The notes: a model not told the origin generated them from the sequence alone. A DNA stretch of 29,706 bases from Negativicutes bacterium (GCA_035560855.1 DATMYT010000568.1:1-29706), one strand, 5' to 3'. Counted from the first letter of the stretch, positions 19,651 through 28,583 are shown. Program-made: numbers and translations.

Positions 19651-21585
19651 TCAAGCATTTGGAGTCTCTTGCCCATCCAGGTCCTCCAATGCGGCGCCGA
19701 GTTGTTCCCAAGTCCGGTAAACTTCTTCCAACGCCGACTTCACCCGTTCGTATTCTTCGCCCAACTTGCAGCTTTGAGCTGGATCTGCATGTGAAGCCGG
19801 ATCATTGATTCTGCATTCCAACTGCGCCAAAGCAGCTTCCATTTCACTGATTTCTTTTTCCGCCCGATTCATTTGACGCATACAATCCTGTCGACGTTTG
19901 AGTGGGGAAGTGTTTTTTCTTTCCGTCCGCTCCATTTTTTTAGCTTTGGGCTGCGCCACCGCGTCAGCTGGCGCAACGCTCTCCGTTGCCAAGGCGCACG
20001 CAGCCTTGTATTCGCTATAATTCCCGGGATAGGACAATAGTTTTCCCGCCTCAAACACAAGAACACGATCGGCAATCCTGTCGATTAAATACCGATCATG
20101 CGACACCAGCAAAATTGAACCGGGAAAAGCGTCCATTGCTTCTTCAACGGCTTCCCGCGCCGGGATATCCAAGTGGTTGGTCGGCTCATCCATGACCAAA
20201 AAATTGGCCCCGGACAAAATAATCTTCAATAAGGCAAGGCGGGCTTTTTCGCCGCCAGACAAATCTCCAACCACCTTGAACACGTCGTCGCCCCGAAACA
20301 TAAACCGTCCCAATACCTTGCGGGCCCGTTCCTCCGTCAGAGCGCACTGATACACCAACTCATCAATCACCCGCAGCGAATCGTTCAGTTCTTCAAACTC
20401 CTGGGCATAGTATCCCATACGAGCACGCGGGCTGTTCTTCACGCGCCCCCGCATCGGCTGCATTTCCCCCAGTAAAAGACGCAGCGCGGTGGTCTTACCT
20501 GCGCCATTTGGTCCAAGCAAAGCCACTTTTTCGCCGCCACGCAATAAAAATGAAATATTTTCAAATACGCACGTTTCTCCATACCCTGCAGAAACCTCAA
20601 TAAACTCAGCCATCCGTTCCGGAACTTCATCACAGTCCGGAAAGAAAAACTGCATCGCTTCTCGAATTTCCGGTCGCTCCAGCCGCTCCAGCCGATTCAG
20701 CTGCGACTCCCGTCCTCTGGCCTGTTTTGATTTGATTCCTGCCTTGTACCGGCGGATATACTCCTCCGTCTCGGCGATTTTCTCCTGTTGTTGTTCATAG
20801 GCAGCCAGCACTGCTTCGAGACGATCTGTCTTTTGCGCTACATAGCCAGAATAACCTGCAGAATAATCCTCAAGTGAACAGTTCTCCAATTCCAGTGTCC
20901 GGCGCGTCACCGCATCCAGAAAATACCGATCATGTGAAATAACCAGAACCGCGCCCGGATAATCCCTCAGGTACCCCTCAAGCCACTCGGTCCGCTCTAG
21001 ATCAAGGTGATTGGTAGGTTCGTCCAAAATGAGAAAATCGGGCTGCCGAACCAGTTCACGCGCCAAGGCAATCCGAGTTTTTTGACCACCGGAAAACTCT
21101 TCCACTTTCCGTGCCAACTCACTATCCGAGAATCCCAGGCCGATGCAAATCTGACGTATCCGGCTGTCCATCGAATAGCCGTCGGCATGTTCAAACCGGG
21201 CCATAACCTCAGAATATTCTTTCAGTAATTCGGCCTGAGCCCCGTCACTGTGGTCGGCAATCTTTTGTTCCAGCGTCCGCATGCGTTCTTCCAACGCGAG
21301 AACATCCTGATATGCCTGCTTCAGCTCCTCCATTACGGTTCGACCGCCGAAGTCGGCAGCCTGTTCCACATAGCCGATGGCACAGCCCCCATACCAGGTG
21401 ACCTGTCCCCCATCTGTGCACTCTTCCGCCAACAGGCAACGCAACAAAGTCGTTTTGCCGGCGCCATTCGGCCCCACCAACCCGACTTTCTCACCCCGCC
21501 GGATCTCGAATCCGACGCCGGAAAACAACGTCCGTTCTCCGAAATATTTGGCCAGTTCGGAAACTTTTAACAGTATCTCACTCAT
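19651..21585 (-). CDS. ABC-F family translation-associated ATPase (YdiF/Uup/YheS-like), 644 aa
   Basis: Two GPNGAGKTT Walker A motifs, FSGGQ and LSGGE signatures, two LDEPTNHLD-type Walker B regions, helical arm insert, inter-ABC linker, C-terminal coiled coil, no TM segments. Confidence 0.93.
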   Translation of the reverse strand: MSEILLKVSELAKYFGERTLFSGVGFEIRRGEKVGLVGPNGAGKTTLLRCLLAEECTDGGQVTWYGGCAIGYVEQAADFGGRTVMEELKQAYQDVLALEERMRTLEQKIADHSDGAQAELLKEYSEVMARFEHADGYSMDSRIRQICIGLGFSDSELARKVEEFSGGQKTRIALARELVRQPDFLILDEPTNHLDLERTEWLEGYLRDYPGAVLVISHDRYFLDAVTRRTLELENCSLEDYSAGYSGYVAQKTDRLEAVLAAYEQQQEKIAETEEYIRRYKAGIKSKQARGRESQLNRLERLERPEIREAMQFFFPDCDEVPERMAEFIEVSAGYGETCVFENISFLLRGGEKVALLGPNGAGKTTALRLLLGEMQPMRGRVKNSPRARMGYYAQEFEELNDSLRVIDELVYQCALTEERARKVLGRFMFRGDDVFKVVGDLSGGEKARLALLKIILSGANFLVMDEPTNHLDIPAREAVEEAMDAFPGSILLVSHDRYLIDRIADRVLVFEAGKLLSYPGNYSEYKAACALATESVAPADAVAQPKAKKMERTERKNTSPLKRRQDCMRQMNRAEKEISEMEAALAQLECRINDPASHADPAQSCKLGEEYERVKSALEEVYRTWEQLGAALEDLDGQETPNA

Positions 21586-21607
21586 ACTCTTGCCTTCTCA
21601 ATCCCAA

Positions 21608-22774
21608 TCAAAAATACTCGCTGATAAAATTACGGCAGACTGGAAAAATCTGCTCCAGAAAATTCAGTTCTTCTTCGTGGTAGATGCCGCTAGTTCCTGC
21701 CGCTAAAATCTCTCGCACCGGACGTTCACCAAATAGCAGATGACTCAGCGCAGCGATGTCTAGCGACACCCCGGCGTCATCAGCAGTTAATAGTGGGCTC
21801 AAAGCGCCTTTCCCCTGCCGGATGCTCCAATGAAAAGTCCCGTGGTTCCATGGCGCTAACGAATCTGTGATCGTCAAATTCGTTTCCACTGACAATTTGA
21901 TCGGATATTCCATCGCTTCCAGCACAGACTTGATATCCGTAATTCGCCCCATTAAAAATGGCTCAGGCCGGGAACCAGAATACAGAACAGATCCCGGATC
22001 ACCGGAAGGATCATCCCATTCCAGAACATCCACACCGCATCCCTGTTCAATCAGATACTTCCACGTGGTGTCCACTACCCCTGGGTCACGCCAGGCCATT
22101 TCACGCACTCGCAGTAATTTTTCACCGATATGATACAACACATACCCCTCGGGATTGCCTTCGCGGGAAATAACGCCAACCTTTCCTCCATCGCCTCGGT
22201 GATCGGCGAGCAATTTATCCCAATCCTTGCTTTCACGCAAAGCATACCCATGCCTCGACTGCACAAAGGCACCATACAATCCCTCTAACGGAGCCCTTGC
22301 CATTTCGTCAGGCGTCCATACCATCGCTGGCGAAACATCCTCCGGCAACATCAAGTTTGCCTCGATCATCGGCATACTGTACCTCTGTCTTGAATAACAA
22401 AAGTCCCAGCCCAGTTTACGATAAAACTCCGGCCACCTCGGCTGCAATATACTGATGCCGACACCCGTTCGCTTTAACTGTGCCAAGGCGCTCATCATTA
22501 CCGCTCGGCCGATCCCGGTTCCGCGCAAATTTTCTTCCACACAGACGCCTACAAAATAAACCGCATCCCGCCACGAGCCGCGCAACATCAGTCGATACGG
22601 CAATAAATGCGCCTGTGCCAAGACTTGCCCATTTTCCACCCCGACCCATGTTTGATCAGCACGGTAGTGCTTTGAGAAATACCAGCTCGTCCAGGGTTCT
22701 TCTTCCCCGAAAGCCTGGCCCCAGAGCCGCCGCACCGCCGTATATTCGTCTTCCCTGCTCAGGCGGAATTCCAT
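21608..22774 (-). CDS. Eis-like GNAT acetyltransferase with C-terminal SCP2-like domain, 388 aa
   Basis: GVCVEENLRGTGIG acetyl-CoA motif A, FYRKLGW, second GNAT repeat (NPEGYVLY), FMGRITD, LTITDSLAPWNHG, C-terminal SEYF typical of the Eis family. Confidence 0.88.
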   Translation of the reverse strand: MEFRLSREDEYTAVRRLWGQAFGEEEPWTSWYFSKHYRADQTWVGVENGQVLAQAHLLPYRLMLRGSWRDAVYFVGVCVEENLRGTGIGRAVMMSALAQLKRTGVGISILQPRWPEFYRKLGWDFCYSRQRYSMPMIEANLMLPEDVSPAMVWTPDEMARAPLEGLYGAFVQSRHGYALRESKDWDKLLADHRGDGGKVGVISREGNPEGYVLYHIGEKLLRVREMAWRDPGVVDTTWKYLIEQGCGVDVLEWDDPSGDPGSVLYSGSRPEPFLMGRITDIKSVLEAMEYPIKLSVETNLTITDSLAPWNHGTFHWSIRQGKGALSPLLTADDAGVSLDIAALSHLLFGERPVREILAAGTSGIYHEEELNFLEQIFPVCRNFISEYF

Positions 22775-22784
22775 CGTTTACTCC

Positions 22785-23672
22785 TCAGACGCCGTCGGCG
22801 CGATATTTTTCGACCATCCGAATCGGACGATACGACATCTTGGCTGCCCGCAGCCCGGGAATGCCCATGTCCTCTTCCCGGTTGACGAAAATCATGTGCG
22901 ACCAGTCATGTGTCAGATATTCCCGGTTTAACATCTGATATAACCCTACCACTTCCGGGTCCGCTTTTTCAATATGGATGACTGCCGTATCTTCGCTCAG
23001 AGCTTCGCCTACAGTAAATGCCCGAATTTTGTCATCGATCTTGATGAGCCCTCCACTTAGCTTCAACTCGGCAAAATGAGTCAGCGCCTGCTCTATTGCA
23101 AAGGTCTCCGCCTGTAAAATTGCATCGTCACTGTGCTGCCTCACCAGCCATTCCTTTGCGACAGGAATGCATTCCACCGCGTTGTCCGCATTCATGACTT
23201 CATAGGAAAAATCCGGTGTGTTCCTGAGAAACGTGCGAATATGATGCCGTTTGGCGTCAAATTTCCGCCCCTTGAGCTCAATCAGCTCTTTGACACTATA
23301 GATATAGTCATCTTCGCAACGGTCATGCTCGATTTTCCAGTCCGGAAAAGCGTCCATTAATAAATCCGCCAACGGTTTTTCCAAGCCACGGATTAATATC
23401 GGCTGCCCTTGTTTCCGAAACCAGTCGGCCAACATGCCTGCTGCCTCAACGGCGTCTTCGCTTTCACACGCACAGGGATGCAGCGCATACAAAGGCCCAT
23501 CGTTCCGTACAACAACACAGATAGCTTTTCCCGCCTGTGTCCAGACAATGTCCAATGGTTTTCGCCAGATATACAGATTGGTAAAGCTGCTTTCCGACCC
23601 CTGATGCTGACAACAGCGATACGCTTTATCAAAAATTGGCCTATCCTGTAAAGTGATTGGATGAAATTCCAT
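22785..23672 (-). CDS. Stand-alone DUF2156 protein (aminoacyl-PG synthase transferase-like tandem GNAT fold), 295 aa
   Basis: SFTNLYIW, DYIYSVKELIELKGRKF..KRHH, HIEKA, NREEDMGIPGLRAAKMSYRP; no membrane domain; GGGAG SD. Confidence 0.88.
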   Translation of the reverse strand: MEFHPITLQDRPIFDKAYRCCQHQGSESSFTNLYIWRKPLDIVWTQAGKAICVVVRNDGPLYALHPCACESEDAVEAAGMLADWFRKQGQPILIRGLEKPLADLLMDAFPDWKIEHDRCEDDYIYSVKELIELKGRKFDAKRHHIRTFLRNTPDFSYEVMNADNAVECIPVAKEWLVRQHSDDAILQAETFAIEQALTHFAELKLSGGLIKIDDKIRAFTVGEALSEDTAVIHIEKADPEVVGLYQMLNREYLTHDWSHMIFVNREEDMGIPGLRAAKMSYRPIRMVEKYRADGV

Positions 23673-23711
23673 GTTGAATACACTCCCACGTTTGGTTCCC
23701 TGCCATTTTTC

Positions 23712-24866
23712 TCATGGTCGAAAGGTAACCTTTATTTCCACTATTTCCGAGGCGGCGCTAGTGCGAACCGGCGGCCCCCATGTGCCAAAACCTGCGGAAA
23801 CGATCACATTCATTGCCCCTTTACGCATATATCCCCAATCCGTCTCATAGAGCGACCGCGTCACCCATTGATTGGGGAAAAGTTGGCCTCGATGAGTATG
23901 GCCGGACATCATCAGATCCACTCCCGCCGCTGCAGCTTCCTCCATGCTTCGGGGTTGATGATCCATCATCAGCAGAGGTTTCGTTCTATCAACGCCTTCC
24001 AGAAATTCGCTTAATGGCTTGCGCGGACTATTCATAAAACGCACCCGGTCCCAGTCGTCACGACCAGCTAACACAAACTGATCTCCCACATTAAAAACGG
24101 AATCGCGCAAAACCATGATCCCGCTACTGCGTAACAATTCCACCGCCACATCAGTCTGCCCACCAATGTATTCATGATTTCCGAGTACTGCAAAAACGCC
24201 GAACCGAGACTTCAGTCGCCGAAAGGTCGCTGCCATCCCTTGATTAACAAAAGGTCCGACATCCTCGTCAATCACGTCACCCGCCAATAAAACCAGATCA
24301 GGGCGCCGGGCATTGATTTCATCAACCAGCTTCTCCAAGCGTCCATTTTTGATGACCTTCCCCAGATGGATATCTGTCACCAGAATGATATGTAGTTCAC
24401 GCAGATCCCCAGCGGATTTGTCAATCGAAATATCATAGTGTCGCCAGACGGTATTCGTTGCATTCCATACGCCAAAAGCGATGATCACTGTGACCATCGC
24501 CACCACAATTCCTCCGGCAACAGCCGGAGCCTGTCGCCATGTCTCCGGAACGAACGACAGTCGTCTGTCTGCAAAGCGAATCAAATCGATGAAGGCGCAA
24601 AACAACACCAAGTAGTACAGAATCGCCAGCCAAGTTCCACCGACGAGCGACAACGCATTGGTTATAAAGTTTGGAAGATAGTTTCCCAAAATTCTCTCAA
24701 AGATATACGAAAACGATATCAGAAAGAACAATAGAGAATAAAAACGGCCGCCAGGGAAGGCAGGCAACGCATGGAACGCCTGCCACCCCCGGAGACCTAC
24801 ATAGTAGTTGCCCATTGAATATACGATAAGAATGATCCCAAAAAAAGCAATAAATTGTACGTTCAT
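23712..24866 (-). CDS. Membrane-anchored calcineurin-like metallophosphoesterase (YkuE/YaeI-like), 384 aa
   Basis: About four N-terminal hydrophobic segments, then TDIH, GDVID, GNHE, DHQP, SGHTHRGQ. Confidence 0.9.
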   Translation of the reverse strand: MNVQFIAFFGIILIVYSMGNYYVGLRGWQAFHALPAFPGGRFYSLLFFLISFSYIFERILGNYLPNFITNALSLVGGTWLAILYYLVLFCAFIDLIRFADRRLSFVPETWRQAPAVAGGIVVAMVTVIIAFGVWNATNTVWRHYDISIDKSAGDLRELHIILVTDIHLGKVIKNGRLEKLVDEINARRPDLVLLAGDVIDEDVGPFVNQGMAATFRRLKSRFGVFAVLGNHEYIGGQTDVAVELLRSSGIMVLRDSVFNVGDQFVLAGRDDWDRVRFMNSPRKPLSEFLEGVDRTKPLLMMDHQPRSMEEAAAAGVDLMMSGHTHRGQLFPNQWVTRSLYETDWGYMRKGAMNVIVSAGFGTWGPPVRTSAASEIVEIKVTFRP

Positions 24867-24873
24867 GAATATT

Positions 24874-24882
24874 ATTGTATCA
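24874..24882 (-). promoter_or_regulatory. Extended -10 element placed for a leaderless transcript
   Basis: TG-A-TACAAT ending 7 nt before ATG 24866; no SD upstream. Confidence 0.6.
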
Positions 24883-24900
24883 CAGGAACGCCGCTAGCGG

Positions 24901-27579
24901 CTACTTTGTCCCGGTCGCGCCCTCTGCTCCCACAACATTGGCCTGTGCCGCAGCCAGCCGTGCAACCGGCACCCTGAATGGCGAACAGCTGACAAAATCA
25001 AGTCCAATCTGATGACAGAACTCGACGGAATTCGGTTCGCCTCCGTGCTCGCCACAAATCCCAATCAACAGATTGGGTTTTGCCGTCCGTCCCGCTTCCA
25101 CGGTCATCCGCATCAACTGGCCGACGCCACGGCGATCTAAGATGATAAACGGATCATCTTTGAGAATTCTGCCTTCCAGATATGCATCCATGAACTTTCC
25201 TTCGGCATCGTCCCGGCTAAATCCAAACGTTGTCTGTGTCAAGTCGTTGGTACCGAAACTAAAGAAATCGGAGATTTCGGCCAGTTCGCCAGCCAGCAGG
25301 GCAGCCCGAGGCATTTCAATCATGGAGCCTACGGAATATTCGAAGTGCACTTTTTCCTTGATCATGATTTCCTTAGCCATTGCGTCAATACGGGTTTTGA
25401 AGAAATCCATCTCTTTGAAATCGATTGTCAGTGGAATTTCGACTTCCGGCAAGACATGAACGCCTTCTTTTGTTAATTTCACACAGGCATTGAATATCGC
25501 CCGAACCTGCATGTCATAAACATCGGGATGAGTGATGCCGAGGCGGCAGCCCCGGTGCCCAAGCATCGGGTTGAATTCGTGCAGTTCGCGGATTTTTGAC
25601 AAAAGAACTTCCTGCTCTGCCAATCGCTCCGGGTCTTTGCCAGTAATGCGAAGCTCGACAGTCTCTACCAGCACCGATTCATAGTTGGGTAAAAATTCAT
25701 GCAGGGGAGGATCCAGCAAGCGAACGGTAACCGGTAGTCCGTGCATGGCTTTCAGAATCCCATAGAAGTCGGATTCCTGCATCTTCTGGAGATGGGACAA
25801 AGGCTCTACCCTTTCTTCCTGGCTATCGGCCAAAATCATTCGTTGCACGTACGGCAACCGATCTGCTCCCATGAACATATGCTCTGTTCGGGTCAAACCG
25901 ATCCCCTGTGCACCAAAGGAACGGGCAAGTTTGGCGTCTTCCGGCGTATCGGCATTAGCGCGCACTTTCATGCGAGACAAGCTGTCGGCCCACTTTAGAA
26001 CTTGGTCATATTCCTTCGAGAACATTGCATCCACAACCGGTACAGCGCCCAGGATTACCCGGCCGGTGCTGCCGTCGAGCGACAAAATGTCGCCGGCTTT
26101 GATGACGTGACCTGCAACGGTAGCGGTCTGAGTTTCATAATCGATGCGTAGCGCATCACAGCCACAGACGCAGGGTTTGCCCATACCGCGCGCAACCACT
26201 GCAGCGTGGCTAGTCATGCCGCCGCGGCTGGTCAGGATGCCCTGAGCCGCCACCATGCCGTGAATATCCTCCGGTGTGGTTTCCATACGAACCAGCAGCG
26301 TTTTAATTCCTTCAGTCGCTTTTTTCGCCGCCGTATTGGCATCGAACACCACAGCGCCAGAGGCAGCGCCCGGTGAAGCCGGCAGGCCTTTGGCAATGAC
26401 ATCCAATTTCGCCTTCGGATCAATCTGACGATGCATCAATTGCTCAATGTGGGCAGGTTCTACTTTCATAATGGCTTCCGCCGGAGTCAGGATGTTTTCC
26501 TGCACCAGATCATACGCAACCTGTACAGCGGCGCGACCGGTACGTTTCCCGTTACGGGTCTGCAGCATATAGAGACGGCCACGCTCGATCGTAAACTCAA
26601 TATCCTGCATATCCTTATAGTGGTGTTCCAACGTGTCGGCAGCTTGCACAAATTGCTTGTACATTTCCGGCATCTGGTCCTTGAGTTCGGAAATGGGACG
26701 CGGTGTGCGGATACCGGCCACCACATCTTCGCCCTGAGCATTGGTAAGAAATTCACCGTACAGCAATTTTTCGCCGGTAGACGGATTCCGTGTAAATGCA
26801 ACGCCAGTGCCGCAATCATCGCCCATGTTACCAAATACCATCGACTGAATATTGACTGCAGTCCCAAGATCATGGGAAATGCGATTCAGATTACGATACA
26901 CAATCGCCCGCTCGTTGTTCCACGAACGGAAAACGGCTTCCACCGACATGAACAACTGTTCCATTGGATCTTGTGGAAATGGACGCCCTGATTGGTCCGT
27001 CACCAGTTTTTTATAGTCGGAGACCAATGCCGCAAGCGACTCTGCCGTCAATTCCTGATCAAACTTTACACCCTGCATTTCCTTGCGTTTCGTCAGTAAC
27101 TCTTCAAAAGCATGTTTGTGAATTTCCAGCACCACATCGCCAAACATCTGAATAAAGCGACGGTAAGCATCAAAGGCAAATCGTCGGTTTGCCGTGGCGG
27201 CTGCCATTCCTTCCACAGTGACATCATTCAGGCCGAGGTTCAGAATAGTATCCATCATTCCAGGCATCGAAAAAATTGCGCCGGAGCGAACAGAGATCAA
27301 CAAAGGATTTGTAGCATCGCCAAATTTTTTTCCGGCCTTCTGTTCAGTTACTTTCAAGCAGGCTTTGATTTGGTCGGCTAATCCTTCCGGAAAATGATTC
27401 CCAACTTTATAATATTGTCGACACACTTCCGTCGTGATAGTCATGCCCGGAGGTACCGGCAATCCGATTCGGGTCATTTCCGCCAGACCTGCTCCCTTGC
27501 CGCCGAGCAGCGAACGCATGTTGGCGCGTCCCTCTTCAAACAGATATACCATTTTCCCCTGGTTTTCCGCTTTGTCCAT
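24901..27579 (-). CDS. ppdK: Pyruvate, phosphate dikinase, 892 aa
   Basis: LGGKGAGLAEM, SVRSGA..SMPGMMDT, QGEDVVAGIRTP, GGMTSHAAVVARG (phospho-His), NPMLGHRGCR, GICGEHGG; GGGGGG SD. Confidence 0.98.
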   Translation of the reverse strand: MDKAENQGKMVYLFEEGRANMRSLLGGKGAGLAEMTRIGLPVPPGMTITTEVCRQYYKVGNHFPEGLADQIKACLKVTEQKAGKKFGDATNPLLISVRSGAIFSMPGMMDTILNLGLNDVTVEGMAAATANRRFAFDAYRRFIQMFGDVVLEIHKHAFEELLTKRKEMQGVKFDQELTAESLAALVSDYKKLVTDQSGRPFPQDPMEQLFMSVEAVFRSWNNERAIVYRNLNRISHDLGTAVNIQSMVFGNMGDDCGTGVAFTRNPSTGEKLLYGEFLTNAQGEDVVAGIRTPRPISELKDQMPEMYKQFVQAADTLEHHYKDMQDIEFTIERGRLYMLQTRNGKRTGRAAVQVAYDLVQENILTPAEAIMKVEPAHIEQLMHRQIDPKAKLDVIAKGLPASPGAASGAVVFDANTAAKKATEGIKTLLVRMETTPEDIHGMVAAQGILTSRGGMTSHAAVVARGMGKPCVCGCDALRIDYETQTATVAGHVIKAGDILSLDGSTGRVILGAVPVVDAMFSKEYDQVLKWADSLSRMKVRANADTPEDAKLARSFGAQGIGLTRTEHMFMGADRLPYVQRMILADSQEERVEPLSHLQKMQESDFYGILKAMHGLPVTVRLLDPPLHEFLPNYESVLVETVELRITGKDPERLAEQEVLLSKIRELHEFNPMLGHRGCRLGITHPDVYDMQVRAIFNACVKLTKEGVHVLPEVEIPLTIDFKEMDFFKTRIDAMAKEIMIKEKVHFEYSVGSMIEMPRAALLAGELAEISDFFSFGTNDLTQTTFGFSRDDAEGKFMDAYLEGRILKDDPFIILDRRGVGQLMRMTVEAGRTAKPNLLIGICGEHGGEPNSVEFCHQIGLDFVSCSPFRVPVARLAAAQANVVGAEGATGTK

Positions 27580-27748
27580 GCATTATTTCCCCCCATAAGT
27601 TTTGGTTGCGAAACTGCTGACATATTCGACCAGCCAGACAAGCCTCGGGATATTGTCGCGTTTTTTTAAACTTGTCTGTTTTTTCGCTATAGCATTCGAT
27701 ATTCGACTCAAAAACAAGAAACCCTGCTTGCGCCAAAAAATATTCCAT

Positions 27749-28546
27749 TCATTTCGCCACTGAATTCGTTTTCAATCCGAGTAGCATGTCCCGAATGACA
27801 GGATCCCAGAATGGCCGTTCTCCATCGAACCCTGCCAAAATTCCTACTGTCAGTTTGTTATCAACACTCATTGCGTAGGCGCGGGAAAAAAACGCAAACG
27901 GCAATCCTTCTACTGTGATCATGACACGTCCACCCGTTGTCCAGAGTTTTCCCTCCTCCAACGGCACTGTCTGCAGCGGCATCATTTCAATAAGTTTAAA
28001 ACTAACCTTGTTTTTCTCGTCCGTATACTGAGCTTTATGGATATTCTCATCTACCCATTTTTTCAAATCTGCCAATTGCTCCGTTTGTTCAGGCGTCAAT
28101 TCTTTGGCAAATATATCAACTGCGGGAGGCAGTGGCTCGCCGTCACGGGCCGCCATAAACCACGCCATATGAATGGCTTCTCCGTCATCCACAGTCAAGT
28201 GGTACAATGCAAACTCTGATTTTTGAAACCGTTTCGTTAGAGAATCCGTATCTGTAGGAAGAACATCCGTCAAAATTTTAGGCGTCCCGGACGGAACCTC
28301 CGGTAATGCCTTATTGTCGTTCTTCGTCTTGGCAACTTTAGGGTTTGACAGCTTTTGCTTTTCCTGCTCAATAAAACTGCGGAAATCTTTCACTTCCACG
28401 GCTGAAAATCCAATCGGTGTTTTCATCGTGCCTATAAAGGGAATGTTCCATTCTGATACCTGCCACTCAAAAGCAGCATAAGCCTGGGACAGATTCGTCA
28501 AAACCATGAACACTGTAATCAGCAGGATCGTTGACACCTTTTTCAT
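27749..28546 (-). CDS. Hypothetical secreted protein, 265 aa, possibly PsbP/Mog1/DcrB-like fold (start moved to ATG 28546)
   Basis: AAGGAG SD; Sec signal peptide MKK...AYA; C-terminal strand series ending in an amphipathic helix (FWDPVIRDMLLGLK). The fold call is pattern recognition only. Confidence 0.75.
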   Translation of the reverse strand: MKKVSTILLITVFMVLTNLSQAYAAFEWQVSEWNIPFIGTMKTPIGFSAVEVKDFRSFIEQEKQKLSNPKVAKTKNDNKALPEVPSGTPKILTDVLPTDTDSLTKRFQKSEFALYHLTVDDGEAIHMAWFMAARDGEPLPPAVDIFAKELTPEQTEQLADLKKWVDENIHKAQYTDEKNKVSFKLIEMMPLQTVPLEEGKLWTTGGRVMITVEGLPFAFFSRAYAMSVDNKLTVGILAGFDGERPFWDPVIRDMLLGLKTNSVAK

Positions 28547-28583
28547 CTCAGCACGCTCCTTTATTATTTGCCAAAATGGTGCT

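Noticed and set aside
19651-21585. ABC-F as an antibiotic-resistance (ARE) factor
   Set aside because: The inter-ABC linker looks like the housekeeping type with no obvious extended resistance loop, and there is no attenuator leader; a phylogeny would be needed to claim more.
27725-27740. Sigma-54-like TGGCGC upstream of ppdK
   Set aside because: No TTGC at the required -12 spacing.
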